A stretch of 64,000 nucleotides of DNA from the human T2T-CHM13v2.0 reference genome, Homo sapiens. The position numbers and the translations under genes are program-made. The notes under the pieces were generated by a model, which did no database searches, was not told the origin of the DNA, and was given only the letters and a program-made list of their open reading frames with translations. Position 1 is the stretch's first letter; each line of letters starts with the position of its first letter. Where the stretch lies: NCBI RefSeq assembly GCF_009914755.1, contig NC_060940.1. The stretch is one strand, 5' to 3'. Below are positions 31,388 to 45,293 of the stretch, piece by piece.

Positions 31388-31481
31388 AAAAATATGGAAC
31401 GTTTCATAAATTTGTGTGTCATCCTTGTACAGGGGCTAGTTTTCTCAGTATTTTACCAATTTTAGTGTATATGCTGCCAAA
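31388..31481 (-). pseudogene. RNU6: U6 snRNA retropseudogene
   Basis: aaaatatggaacgtttcataaatttgtgtgtcatccttgtacagggg...ccaattttagtgtatatgctgcc is the reverse complement of U6. It shows CpG decay, a small internal deletion, a missing 5' end and an adjacent T-run (polyA). The symbol is the parent family. Confidence 0.93.
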
Positions 31482-31542
31482 TGATGTCCTTGTGAGACAG
31501 GTAGGTGAAATTAGTTTCATTTTGCAGACTAAGAAACTGAGA

Positions 31543-31670
31543 GCTGAGCACAGTGGTGTGCGCCTGTAGTCCCAGCTATTCAGGAGGCTGAGGAAGGAGC
31601 ATCACTTGAGCTTACGAGTTCAAGGCCAGCCTGGACAACATAGTGAGACCCCCATCTTTAAAAAAAAAAC
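31543..31670 (+). mobile_element. FLAM monomer inserted in a MIR
   Basis: gtggtgtgcgcctgtagtcccagcta...gagttcaaggccagcctgg...A-tail. Confidence 0.85.
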
Positions 31671-31795
31671 CAAGGCACTGAAACCCAATGAGATTAGATG
31701 ACTTGCCCAAGGACACAGAATGAGGAAGAGGCAGAGGCAGAGGCAAAGCCCAAGCATTGTAGCATTATATTTCCACTGCACCCAAATGTGAGCTT

Positions 31796-32591
<796 letters not shown>

Positions 32592-34967
32592 GTAGCCAAT
32601 GTGAGCTTCTTGATGGCAGGGGCCGTGTGTCTCTTGCCTTGTCTCTGGTCCCTCATGTGGAGTAGACTCAGGTAGACTTCCTGCTTCCACGGACTCAGTA
32701 AGGAAAGTGGACAGAGCCATGGAGCCTCCATATGGTGAGGTATGTCAAGGAAGCAGTGCTGCCAGGCTCTGGGTGACCTTGGGCAGATTTCATCGCTTCA
32801 CAAGCCTTAGCCTCCTTAGCTGTAAAATGAAGGGCTGGATAATGTCCGTAAGAATCTTTCCAGTTTTGATGTAGGATTCTGTGATGTCAAAAATAAGAGA
32901 GATTGTATTATTGCGGATTGAAAAATAATTATCTTTTATGTGCCACATGTAACTTTCTATTTCTCAGGCTACCTGTTATGTAGCATCAACATTGCCTCAT
33001 ATATCAGACACTGCTGTAATAAGTATGCAATTTGTAGCTGCAATTTCCATTTTCTGGCAATATCTGATTTACACGAGGTGTTTTTAAAGCATGTCACTTA
33101 TAACATACACACCTGCCAAGAGCCTGCTCTTTCATCATGACTTTTCAGCGAGGTCAGAGAAAGCGCCCAAATTCAAGTAAACAAACAGCAGGCAAGCTTT
33201 CAACACTAAAGCTTCTTTTCCACCTTGGGGAAGGATGTTGTCTCTCAATAGATGATGGTGACAAACCTCCCATATTCAGACCGGCTTATGTGGATCGGGA
33301 CTGAACCTCTTTCTAACAGGTGCTTTGAAACTCCAATTGTAGAACAGGAGAGTGATTCACAAGCCTGTGTATGCAACAGGTGAGGGGCTGTTTGTGGAAA
33401 ATTAGTTAGCTAAGAATCAATTCACTGAATGACCAGTTCATTGAGTGTTCAATTCCATTGATCATTTTGATAGAAATTTGAAGATGAATATTCAAGTGGT
33501 GGAGACAGAAGCAGGGTAATATGTAGGGGCATCTAGAAAACAAAGGATGAATTTGGTAAATTTTTCAACTGTTTATTGGACTTTTGGAAAATTGGTTATT
33601 TTGCATGTTGGCTGTTGGCAGATTGATTTTTGGCAAATTTTTCTGTTTCTGGAGGGTCAGTTCAGCCTGTTGGAGATCTGAAAAGTTTACCTTTTAGTGT
33701 TACTGATGCAGATTTTAGGCCCACTTTGTCCATCCCTCTGCGGCCAAGCAGAACATCCCTGAGCCAGCTTGATCTCAGGAAGAGAAAGAGGCATAGTAAC
33801 ACAGATTGTGCATGATGGACCTAATCTTTGCCTAATCCTGGCACACCTTGAGTGAAAAAGATTTTGAGGAATCTCTCTCCTTAATTCTGGCAGGAATTTA
33901 GTGGCCTTTGAAGCAGAGCCAAGCAGACACAAGCTTCATGGAAACTTGATCCTCTTACAAGCCTCTGAAGCCTTTTCAGCCAGCCCTTAAACACCACTGC
34001 TCATATAATTATGCTACCAGGATTTTTTTTCCAGCTTCTGACACTGGTGCAATAATGGTGAAAGCACTCAGGGACCAGGAAAAATAAGGGCAGTGAGGAT
34101 GTCTTCAGATAAAGCATCTGCTGACTCAGCCTCTCTTGGACACCCTGAGGTCCAGTTAAACAACTTGACATGGTTGGCTGCCCACCAGGACAAAGACTGG
34201 CTGAGAAGAGGATGGATTTCTGCCCCAGTGATTTGGCCACTAGTTCAAAATCTTCCTAAAGATCAGTCATATGGCTAGGATTTCTTCTTCAGCCTTGGCT
34301 GCCTGTGCAGCTTCTATTTGAGGCAGACTGGCCTGTGAAGCTTGTAGCACAAGCCTGCAATGCCCTACTAGTCATCACTATAGCCCCAGGGCCAGTACAG
34401 AGCTAGACTTGGTAAATAGACTTAATTAAGATTTGTAGAATAAATACTAGCCTTGAATGGCATGTGGCCCCCAAGGTGCCTGCCTTTCTCCTCCCACTCC
34501 TGGCTACTTTATTGTAATGGAGGACTTTCTTGGCCCAGTTATATGGTGTAAGAAATTACAAGGGATTTCTCATTCCTGTGATGTGGCCCATTTCCTGGTG
34601 GTGTGGCACTGCCCATCATGCCCTTGAATATGCCACCTTCTTAGCTAGGAATCCCCTCTCCTTGTCTATTAGCTTGTCTGAACTTCTCCATCTTTGATAT
34701 CCAGCTCATTTGTTACCCTGGATGTAACACCTTTCCAGTTCCTCCAGCTCAGATTACTTTGAATTGTAATTGTTTCTGCATGTCAGTCACCTACTATATT
34801 GTAAAACCTTCAGGGACAGACACTTATCTTTATTCTCATTTATTCATTTACTTGTTTAGAAACAGTGTAACAAAATGGTTAAGGGCACAAACTATGGATT
34901 TATAGTTTAGGTTGGCTGTGTGACTTATTGATTATGTAATTTACAGTGAGTGACTTAAACTCTTTAA

Positions 34968-35375
<408 letters not shown>

Positions 35376-35677
35376 CTATTTTTCTTATATGTAAGGATGA
35401 ATATTGTGGTAGTATTATGTTTTAGAGCAATTGGAAGAATCAGACAGATATAGCATTTATTGGACACTTACCATACACCAAGCATTATGCTGATAATAGT
35501 AATTAATATGATTATTTATTTATTCAACTTTTTTTTGGCACAAATACTGGGGCCTGATGCTGTTCTAGGTGCTGCCTCTAGGATCTAGCAAGATGTTTGG
35601 TATAGAGTTGGGCCTTGGCAAATGTTCACTGAATGAGTAAAGCTAGAACAAGTTGTGGACTTCGTTTGTAAATATTT

Positions 35678-36052
35678 GTATCTGTCAACTAAGCTGGATT
35701 ATGCTGTGTAACAAATACCTCACCCCAACATCTCATGGGCTTACTTTAACAAAAATGTATTTATTGCTCCTCTTATATGGTTAGTGTGGGATAGCTGCAA
35801 TTCTCTTGTCTTCAGAGGTCAGGTGGTTTCATCTCAACAGATGCTTTCATGATCTCTGTGGCAGAGGAAAAGGCATGGTGTGCACTGGGTCTTAAAGTGA
35901 CACATATCATCTCTGCTTACATCTTTTTGGCTAGAGAAAGTTACATGGCCTTGTCTAACTTAAAAGGGGAGAGAGAATTGCAATTGTAATCCTACTCTGT
36001 ACCCAGAAGGAGAAAAACCACAATATTTGCAAATATCCTTCATGGTTACCAC
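35678..36052 (-). mobile_element. Old MLT1 LTR
   Basis: ttatgctgtgtaacaaa...acatatcatctctgcttacat...ttacatggcc. Confidence 0.6.
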
Positions 36053-36724
36053 AGGCTGGAAGCTGATGATATAATCTTCTAACACACAGTCCAGTTTTGG
36101 CCTACAAAGACCCCCTTTTTCAAAGTCTCAAAGTCAGTGTCAGCAGCTACCCCCAGGCCTCTGGTTTGGAATTAAGTTTTCAGACTAGGTATTTTATTTT
36201 CTTCTCACTTCCCTACTCAATTATATTTTAAGCAGATGGGTGATCCTGTCAACCTTAAGAAAATAGCAGGAAGAAACAAATTTATGTGAAACACCCCACA
36301 TTCTAATTAAATTTTTCTGCCACCCCAAGGTTTGAGCTTGGATGCTGATTTGCACTTAAAGAAAATCAAAATACAAGCCCAAATTCAAGAAAGCTTGCAA
36401 AATGCTTTCATGTTGTTCTCCTCAGTTGACATGTAAATGAAAAGAACCCTTTTATTTTCCCCCACAGCAAACACCTTTTTTTTTTTGTTGCTTGATGGCT
36501 TGGAACACGATTCTGTTTAAAGACAATTCAAAGCAGCTTCTAAATGCAGAAATCCAGTGAAGCAGGCCAAGCAGAAGATGTAGATGGAAGGTTAAGTGGG
36601 GCAAATCTTAATCAGGCTAGAGAAATGTGGCCAGGACTGCAACTTGAGGCTCAACCCAATACTCCAAAAGATCTACCATCACAACCCTCCACTCTGTCCC
36701 ATTTCCACCAAATAAAGTGAGGCT

Positions 36725-37230
36725 ATGTTAGTTGTCTGTTTCAGTATAGCAAGTAACTCCAAAGCTCAGCTACTGCAAACAACAAATGGCTATTATTTCC
36801 CACAGTTTCTGAGGGTCAGGAATTCAGGAGTGGCTTCGGTCAAGCTTTTGGCAAGGGCTGCAGTTACCTGAAGGCTTGACTGGGGTTGGAGTATCCTTCC
36901 AAAGCCCACGGTTGTGATTGTTGGAGGGTGTCAGTCAGTTCCTTGCAGGGTTTCAGCCAGAGGGCCTCAGTTCCATGCCATGTGGTCCTCTCCATAGAGT
37001 CATTCACAACATGGCTGCAGGCATCCTCAAGTGATCAAAAGGTAGGTCAAAAGAACAATCAAGACAAAGTCACAGTGTTTTATAACCTGATCTTGGAAAT
37101 AAAATACTTCACTTCTGCTGTGTTCTGTGGGTCACACAGACTCTAGTACAGGTCGGAAGAGGAATACACAAGGATGTGAACATCAGGGGGTAAGGATTAT
37201 TGGGGGTCATCTTGGAGAATGGTTACTGTA
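36725..37230 (-). mobile_element. MLT1D/E-like LTR
   Basis: cacagtttctgagggtcaggaattcagg...ggatgtgaacatcagggg...ggtcatcttggaga. Confidence 0.7.
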
Positions 37231-37589
37231 TGCAGGATATGTCTATGTATGCATACACACACACACACACACACACACTTTTTCTTTTTCTTTTTTTTCC
37301 CTTAAATCAGGAAATAAGAAAACAAACAACATAGTACCTACTACGGCCAAGAACTGGGCCGGATGATCTGTACAGGTTCTCTCAGTCCTTACAATAACTG
37401 CAAAATGGCTGCTGTTATAATACCCATTTCACAGTTGAAGACACTGCATTTAGGAGTGATTAAGTAGCTAAATGCTATCTGGGTGGGAAGTGGTAGAGCC
37501 AGGGCACTGCCACTGGGAAATCTGTCTCATGCAATACACTTTCTGGAGCTATTTGATTGCCAGGTAAGGGTAAGGAGAGCATCATGTAA

Positions 37590-37835
37590 TCCTGAGAGTA
37601 GCCTTGGAAGTTAGCCCAGTTGGGCCTCAACTCTAGATGCAGCCACTCACCAGCTGTGTGGACTTTGGTAAGTTACCCGATGTCTCCCAGCTTCTCCGTC
37701 CTCATCTGTAAGATGGGGATGAAATTAAAAGTGCTCACTGCACAAGGTTGTTGTGAAGATTAAATCGGGTGAAGATGTCGACTGCCTAGCTTAGTGCCTG
37801 GCATGGAGTGAGGGTTCAGTAAATGCTGGGTGTTA
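37590..37835 (+). mobile_element. MIR
   Basis: ccactcaccagctgtgtg...cctcatctgtaagatggggat...gttgtgaagattaaa. Confidence 0.8.
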
Positions 37836-39225
37836 CAGTTTTGAGCCCTAGGCACTGCTACAGGCTAAAACAAATCCCTTCTCCCTGCTGTACCTCAGTT
37901 TTCCTATCTGAGAAATGAAGGAGTTACATAATATGCCCAAGGTCACTTCTAATTCATAGTCCATGAAATTTTGTTTTAAACATACTTTTTATCTGAGCCT
38001 TGGAGCTGTGCTAAGTAGTGGGAAACCAAAGTATCCTCTAATTATGTCATGCTGACAGGTTGAGGTTTTCTTCACTTTAGCTAGAATTCGAGGGAAGTGG
38101 GTTTTAGCTTTCTCCCTAATATTCTATATTTGAAATGTCAAAAGGAGGCTTTGAGGAATAGGGGAAAGCATGCTGGGAAAAGGACTCTGGAGTCTAATCT
38201 TGATATGGGCTCTGACTGGCTGTGTGATCTCAGGGAAAGTTCTTGTCCACTCTGTTCTTGTGCTTGCTTATTTTTTCAGATGAGGACAAAAACTTTTGCC
38301 CTGGTTCTTTAGAGGGATGCCTTATGGCCAAATGAAATTGAGACACACAATACAAATGGAGCAAATCCTTAGAGATGGAAATATCTAAGGAGGCATTGGG
38401 GCTGGGAGGCTCTGGAGGGTGGTTCCTCATGCCTTTCCCTTCATAATGAACATTCTGGGTCTTTTGCACACACAGAGGTGGAAGAGTTGTGGCAATTAAC
38501 TTCTAGAAAAAAAAATCACCATTCGAAAATGCCAAGGACCTTTTAACACACCTTTTTCTAATGGATCTCTCAGAGGAAGAGGCAGTGAGAAAACAATTTT
38601 ACATTGTCTTTAACCTCTGAGGGGAAGAAATGCTGGCTGTCTTGGATGAATTTCGTCGACTTGGTGCAGAGCAGAAACCAGGGCTCAGGACATAGTGGAG
38701 AATGAGAGGAAAGGAAAGTGAATTGTGAGCGTGTGCATTTTCCTTCTCTGTGTTCATTCCTCTAAGTTGGACAGTTCAGAACCAGCTCTTATATTGGCTG
38801 CTTTGAACTCTTGTACTGCCTGGTTATCACATATCCTGTTTTGAACTGATGGCTGTGGGTTGCCCTTGTTTCTCCAGCTACTCTGTCTGCATTTTGTTAT
38901 CTGTACCAGCCCTTATGAGTGTAGAATTGTGACCCACCATGGATGAGTGGGTCTGATGCAGCCCCTATTTCATGTCGTGAGCTGGTTTGAAACCCTTCTG
39001 TTGTTATGTGGTGATTGCATTCCTAGACACCTCTGTCACCTCCCATACCCAGACGCAGAGTACAATAGACCCATGGCTCTAACAACGTCTTCATCCTATC
39101 CCTTATAGCTGTGTCTGAAACACTTTTAAAAAAATTTATTCAGTTTTTTTATTTGTACAAATGCATGGCATACATGTGCAATTTTGTTTCATGCATAGGT
39201 TGCATAGTGATCATATTAGGGCATT

Positions 39226-39581
<356 letters not shown>

Positions 39582-41722
39582 TAGGGAGATGTTTATTTTG
39601 TTTTCAAGTGAGGCTCGAGTGAAGTGGTTTGTGAGCCAATCACAACACTGTCTTGACTGGATATACCATTTTACGTCATTTTGAAATTCCTCTCACAGTT
39701 CTTAAATTGACATTATATTGAGATAATTGTGGATCCACATGCATTTGTAAGAAATAATAGAGTGATCTCATATGCCCTTTATCCAGTTTCTCGCAGTGCA
39801 GTATTTTGCAGAACTGTAGTACAATAGGATATTGACTCTCATGTTTTTAAGAGAATTTTTAAAAATGCACTCAGGGAATTCAGGGGGCAGGGCACACACC
39901 TCTGCCCTCAGGCTGTGCAAGCACTGGCCTGTGGGCCTGGAGTCAGGGGCATGGGTAGCAATCTGACCCGGCTCTGTCACTGCTCCCTGTGGGGGCTCCC
40001 TGGGGCTCAGCTTCCCCACCAGTAAGATGAGGGGTGGGATGAGAAGATTACTGAGGTTTCTTTTAGCTCTACCATTTTATGATTTTACACTTCACTCATG
40101 AGAGCCCCTGGGGTCAGCCTGCCCTGGTCTTTTTATTAGATAAATTGTATCTTACTTTGAGCCTACAGAACCAGAGTCAGATGAGTCTGAATTGGACATC
40201 TGTTTCTGGGATCTTCTCAGCATCCACACTGCATTTCCTTAAGGGACTCATCTCCTGCCCTCCTTGGCTCTTGTGATTTAGCTGGGGCAGACCCTGCTTC
40301 CCGGGCTCTAGGATTGGCTCTACGATTGGCTTATTGTTCTAATTAGATATTTTCGTTCTATTTGTGGATAGGTTCATGTTAGGAGGCATGACCTAAGCCA
40401 GCCCATGAGAAGCCATCTAAGGAGTTTTATGAAAACAGTCGAGAAGGGAGAAGGGTTTTCCCCTATGAGGATATTTCAGGGGTAGGGGTTAGGATGGAGA
40501 CCTGGTGCTTCAGGCAGTCATTTACCACCTCAATGAAAGAGCTTGCTCAGAACTAGATCAAAGCAGAGGAATGTGGGGCTGACAGATGAAGAGAGAGACA
40601 TGGACAAACAGTCCCAGAAATATCAATGCATCTGCTGGAGGTCGCGTAGCTATTCCCAGTGGCCCTTGAAGTAAAGGAAGCCTCACTTTACCCATTAACT
40701 CAGGTGAGTAATGGTTATTTCCAGGCGAGAAGAGAGATCTGCTGACTTCATGCATTTGGTTCTGGGGGTGGCTCTGCAAGGAAGGCTAGATGGGAGGGGG
40801 AAAGTTTGCATGCACCTGCAGGCTTGGGATTCACAGTGAACTGGTGGGTTTTTCACTTTCTTTGAAGAGCCCAAAGGCATTTACTGACATGATCTCATTC
40901 GTTTTCAGCTGCAATTGAGTGAAGTCACCTTGATGCAGAAGTGTTTTCTCTTCTCATTCCTGTTAGGAAACCAAGTTACAGCTGAAGCCAGGGCCTTCTC
41001 CTACCCGACTCCCGCGGCCCATTAAAACCTACGTGAGCTTATCTGATACCTTCAAGCCCTGTTTTGTGGCCCCATCTCCTCTTCAGGTATTGTACAGAGT
41101 GACTCACAGATAGCATCCCTGAGCCATTTCTCAGGGAGACAGTGATTTATTGAGATAGAGGCAATAATGTGCTAATTCTAGCAGCCAGTCCAGGCCTCAT
41201 TAGCATCTAAGTTTCCTGGAGTTCAGCTTTAATCACACATGGGAAGAGTTTACCACCAAGGGGTTCTCATACCTCCTGTTCCTTTTGCATGAGTCTTCTG
41301 GAAAGCCTTGGCACTTGTTGAGGTGGTGATGGTAAAGTCAGGGCAGAGGGTTTCAACTGGGGGTGTGAATTATGTTCACCTGGAGAAACTTAAATCTGTC
41401 TACTTATCCATCCATCCGTCCACCTATACATTCGTTCATCATCTTATTATTTACTTAAATAGATAAGACAAGCGTGAAGTAAAAATGAAAACAAAGCTTT
41501 CTAGTCTGTAAAATAAGCATAATGATAACATCTACCACATAGAATTGTTATAATAATGAATTAAATTATTGTATATAAAGTGCCTAGAATAGGGCTTGGT
41601 TCATAGTAAGTTGTAATAGACATGGTAGCTATTATTATTAATGTGAATCTTACATCCCATCCCTCAATCACCTAGTACCCTTCCCATTGCAGATTCTAGA
41701 GATTATCTGCATACATAAATAT

Positions 41723-41724
<2 letters not shown>

Positions 41725-41760
<36 letters not shown>
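41725..41760. repeat. (AC)18 microsatellite
   Basis: Seen directly; a shorter (AC)n lies at ~37255-37278. Confidence 0.97.
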
Positions 41761-41762
<2 letters not shown>

Positions 41763-43851
41763 CACCTCTGGACAGACTGACTCTAAAAGCTATAGAAAAT
41801 TTCAAATGCCATCCAGGGTTGGGAATCTCAGGATTGGAAGCTGAGCAAGACTCTGGGGAATGTCAGGAATTAGAGTGTAGAGCCACTAAGGTAAGAAGGA
41901 AGTGACTGTTTTTCTACAAGGGCAAAAGCTAGGAGGACTGCCTGGAAGGGGAGCTCCTTAACTATGTTCGGTATGGCTGTGAAAGAAACAATAACAATCA
42001 TCACAACAGCTAGAGTTGTGAGACATTATCCTGTTATCTCAGAACTCTAGCTAAAGCCTTACACTCAGGAAAATAGGCACTAAGAACTTCCACAGCCTAA
42101 AGACAGCAGCAAGGGAGCCACCAGACTCATTCCCCAGGATAAACTAAGAGGTGACAGAAATGCTTCTGCTGCCGTCACCACCCTGCCCTCCTTCTCCATG
42201 CGAAGAAATTTGTAGGAGCCATGAGTCATCAGTCTAGTGGGGGTTATGTGTTGTTTTGATAGTGGGCTTCCCCCCTTGGTACTTGCAAGAGGGCATAAAA
42301 AAACTCTGTATAAAGAAAGGGAGGCAGGCATCTCATTCCCCGACATGGCACTTGCTGATTTGATAAAACCTGTGGTCCCTTCTGGAGTTGCCAATGCAAG
42401 AATCCTTGGATAGCCCAGCCAGTATCCTCAGGAGCTTGGGAATATACAGCAATGGAGAGACTGGAGCCAGCTTCTGTCTAGAGAACTCTGGAGGTGGGAG
42501 GCCAGTGGGAGCAGTTCGCACTAGCAGGGAGGGAGAGAAGGTAGTCATGGTATAGGCACTTTGCTCCATTCGGTGTGGCAAGCATATGCTTCCTATGGGC
42601 CCAGAGATGCTGCAGAATGTAGGTGGGCTTGGGTCTTGGCAGCAGGACTTAGCCAAGGAGACCACCTGGCAGGTAAGGGGCCTTGCCAGCCAGAGACTAA
42701 AGAGTGGGAGCTCAGGGGTAGGAATCTGAGAGTGGGTTGGGAGAGGTCAGCTGGAGGGCATTGTCCATGTTAGAGACCAGTGCAGTGGCTTCCTGACTCC
42801 TCCCCATGAAACCCTAAAGAATGACAATATTCAGATGCCTATGGAGAGGATTGAGGGGGAAAAGAAGACTTACAGCAGCTTCAGTTAGGAGAAAAGACTC
42901 TGCATCTCTTTCCCTATTTGTCTACAAGAGAAGCTAGAGCCCAGAAGAGGAATGTGGGGAGAAAGGAGAGTGGCCTATTCTGTCTTTCTGCACTGGTTAG
43001 GCCTGAGCAAGAGGACAGGGAGGTTCCTCAGGTTGGGTTCCTGTAGAGGCCCACTCAGGTCAAGGATTCCAATGTAAGGAGTTTTTCTGAGGGGCGATCC
43101 CAGGAAGTGTGGATAGGGAAGTGGGAATCCAGTCAGTCAGGGAAGGAAGCCAGGGAAAGGTGCCATGTTTAGCAGGTTACTGCCATGGATCATGTAGCTC
43201 AATCCACCTGAGAGTTGTCCACTCAAGGGCAACTGGATATTTATCTTCCAACCACCTTCTGTCACTGAGGGTTGCTCCTACAGCTGCCACCCATTCCCAC
43301 ATCTGGTGTACCTAGTATGTGAAAGTAAGTCCTCAGGCCCTTGGGTGCTCATGGCATGTCCTAGAACCATAAATTCTGGGGAGAGGGGACGCTGACAGCC
43401 TATTGCAGGGAGCAACCTTACATAGGGTATGGGTTAAAGTTTTGAACTGGACTGAATCGGACTGAGCCAGACTGGATTGACAAGGAAGTGGTGAGATTAG
43501 CTGGTGAGGTCAATAAGGGATAGTAAAGGGAGATTCAGCAGAGTGTCTGTGAAGGCAGTCCCAGGAAAAAAGTAAAGCTATTGCAGGTCACCTGCTGAGT
43601 CCAGATGGTGAAAGGTACTGAGATCACTGGCATTAAGTACAAGCCTAATGCTGTGTGGGTCACCCTAAGTGCTCATCTCATGTAATCCTTACTGTGACCC
43701 CATGAGGCAGCTTTGCTTCTCTTCCTGTCTTACAGATGGGTCAGCTGGGCTCTGGAAGGTTAAGTAACTTGCCCAAAGTCACTCAGCTACTCAGTGGCAG
43801 AGTCAGGTCCTGAGCCCAGGTTTGCTTCCAGAGCCCACACTCTTAACCACT

Positions 43852-44330
43852 GTGGCAGAGACTCCTGACTGCCTGTCAAATATGCATTTCCTCCTTCTTT
43901 CTTAGTAACGAAACTTTGGTTTTATTTCAGATGGCAATGTGCCTAGCTACACTACATTTCCTGCCTCCCTTGCAGCTAGAGGTGGCCAATGAGATATAAA
44001 CAGATGCTGTAAGGTGAGACTTGAAAGAAAACCCCTTGAGAAGTAAATGTATGGATAGCATGTGCCTTTTGTGCCCATTTTCTTATTCTACTCCTGAACT
44101 AGATGTACTAGGCTCATTTTCCTTTTGTTTCTTCCCTCACATTGACACAGACATGATGTCTAGATCCCTAGCAGTCATCCCAGACCATGAGATAACTTTG
44201 AGAAGGAACACCATGTACAAAGGACTGTGCAGAAGAGGGTTGGCAGGAGCCTGGATCTCTGATGACTTCACCCTTGACTGCCCACCTCACCAGGCTGTAC
44301 AAGCCACTGTTACTGGCAGATGAATGCAAG
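43852..44330 (+). mobile_element. LTR33/LTR16-like ERVL LTR (preceded by a MIR at ~43640-43850)
   Basis: tgtggcagagact...ccttctttcttagtaac...ctacatttcctgcctcccttgcagctag. Confidence 0.6.
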
Positions 44331-45159
44331 TTCTAAAACATACAACTACTGACCTACTGAATTTTCCAAGGAGCACATTTCCACTGGAGACATTTGGTGC
44401 CTGCAGAAAATACTTACTGAGGAATTTCTATGGGACCAGCCTGAAGTAGAAGCCACTGAAGAGAGGCCCTGAAGCAGCTTTTCTTCCTTATCCCAGAGAC
44501 CAACATGGTTACCCCAGCCCAGAGTCACCCTCCTTCCTCTAAGCTGTCAAAACCCTGGCTGCCTTTACAATGATTCTGACAATGAATCCCACCCTGCTGG
44601 TGATGTCTATTGCTTTACTGTTAAACTTTTTAAGGGTTAAAATTCCTTTTTATTTTTCTTTTTAAATTGATTAATAATAGTTGTACCAATTTGGATGGTA
44701 CCTGTAATATTTTGATACCTACATACAATGTGTGATGAACAAATCAGAGTAATTGGGCTAGCCATCACCTCACACATTTATCTAGGGCTGAAATCCCTGA
44801 AGGACAGGATTGTGTCTTACAAATTGTGTATTCTAATCTGCATTTACATTTCAGAAATTCTGGACTAAGTAGGCAAACCAACAGAAACTCTTGCTATGAA
44901 GATCTGGAGGTTTCCTGGAGGAAGTGGTGAATAGGGCCTTGGGACTGATGTTAAAAGCCCTGGAACACAATAGGGAGACTCCTGAACTAGGAAGAAGTCA
45001 AAAGCTCTGGTAGCAGCCCCCACAAATTAAGAAACCTACTCAGAGTAAAAGAAACAGGCCATGGTGGGTGGCCGGGGAGCAAGGAATATTTGTGAGTAAC
45101 CCCAGATGGTGGCAATCATTTAATGCCCTCCATCCCTCTCAGTGTATATTAGGTTATGT

Positions 45160-45293
45160 TTTTTTTTTAGAAAATGGAGGAAGGGTTTTACTATGTTGCC
45201 TAGGCCAGTCTCAAACTCCTAGGCTCAAGCGATTCACCTGCATTGGCCTCCTAAATTGCTGGGATTACAGGCATGAGCCACTGTGCCTGGCCC
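45160..45293 (-). mobile_element. FLAM_C-type Alu monomer
   Basis: ctatgttgcctaggcc...ggctcaagcgat...gggattacaggcatgagccactgtgcctggcc. Confidence 0.85.

Noticed and set aside
31388-31481. Functional U6 gene
   Set aside because: Internal deletion, truncated 5' end, CpG decay, polyA tail and no recognisable TATA/PSE upstream.
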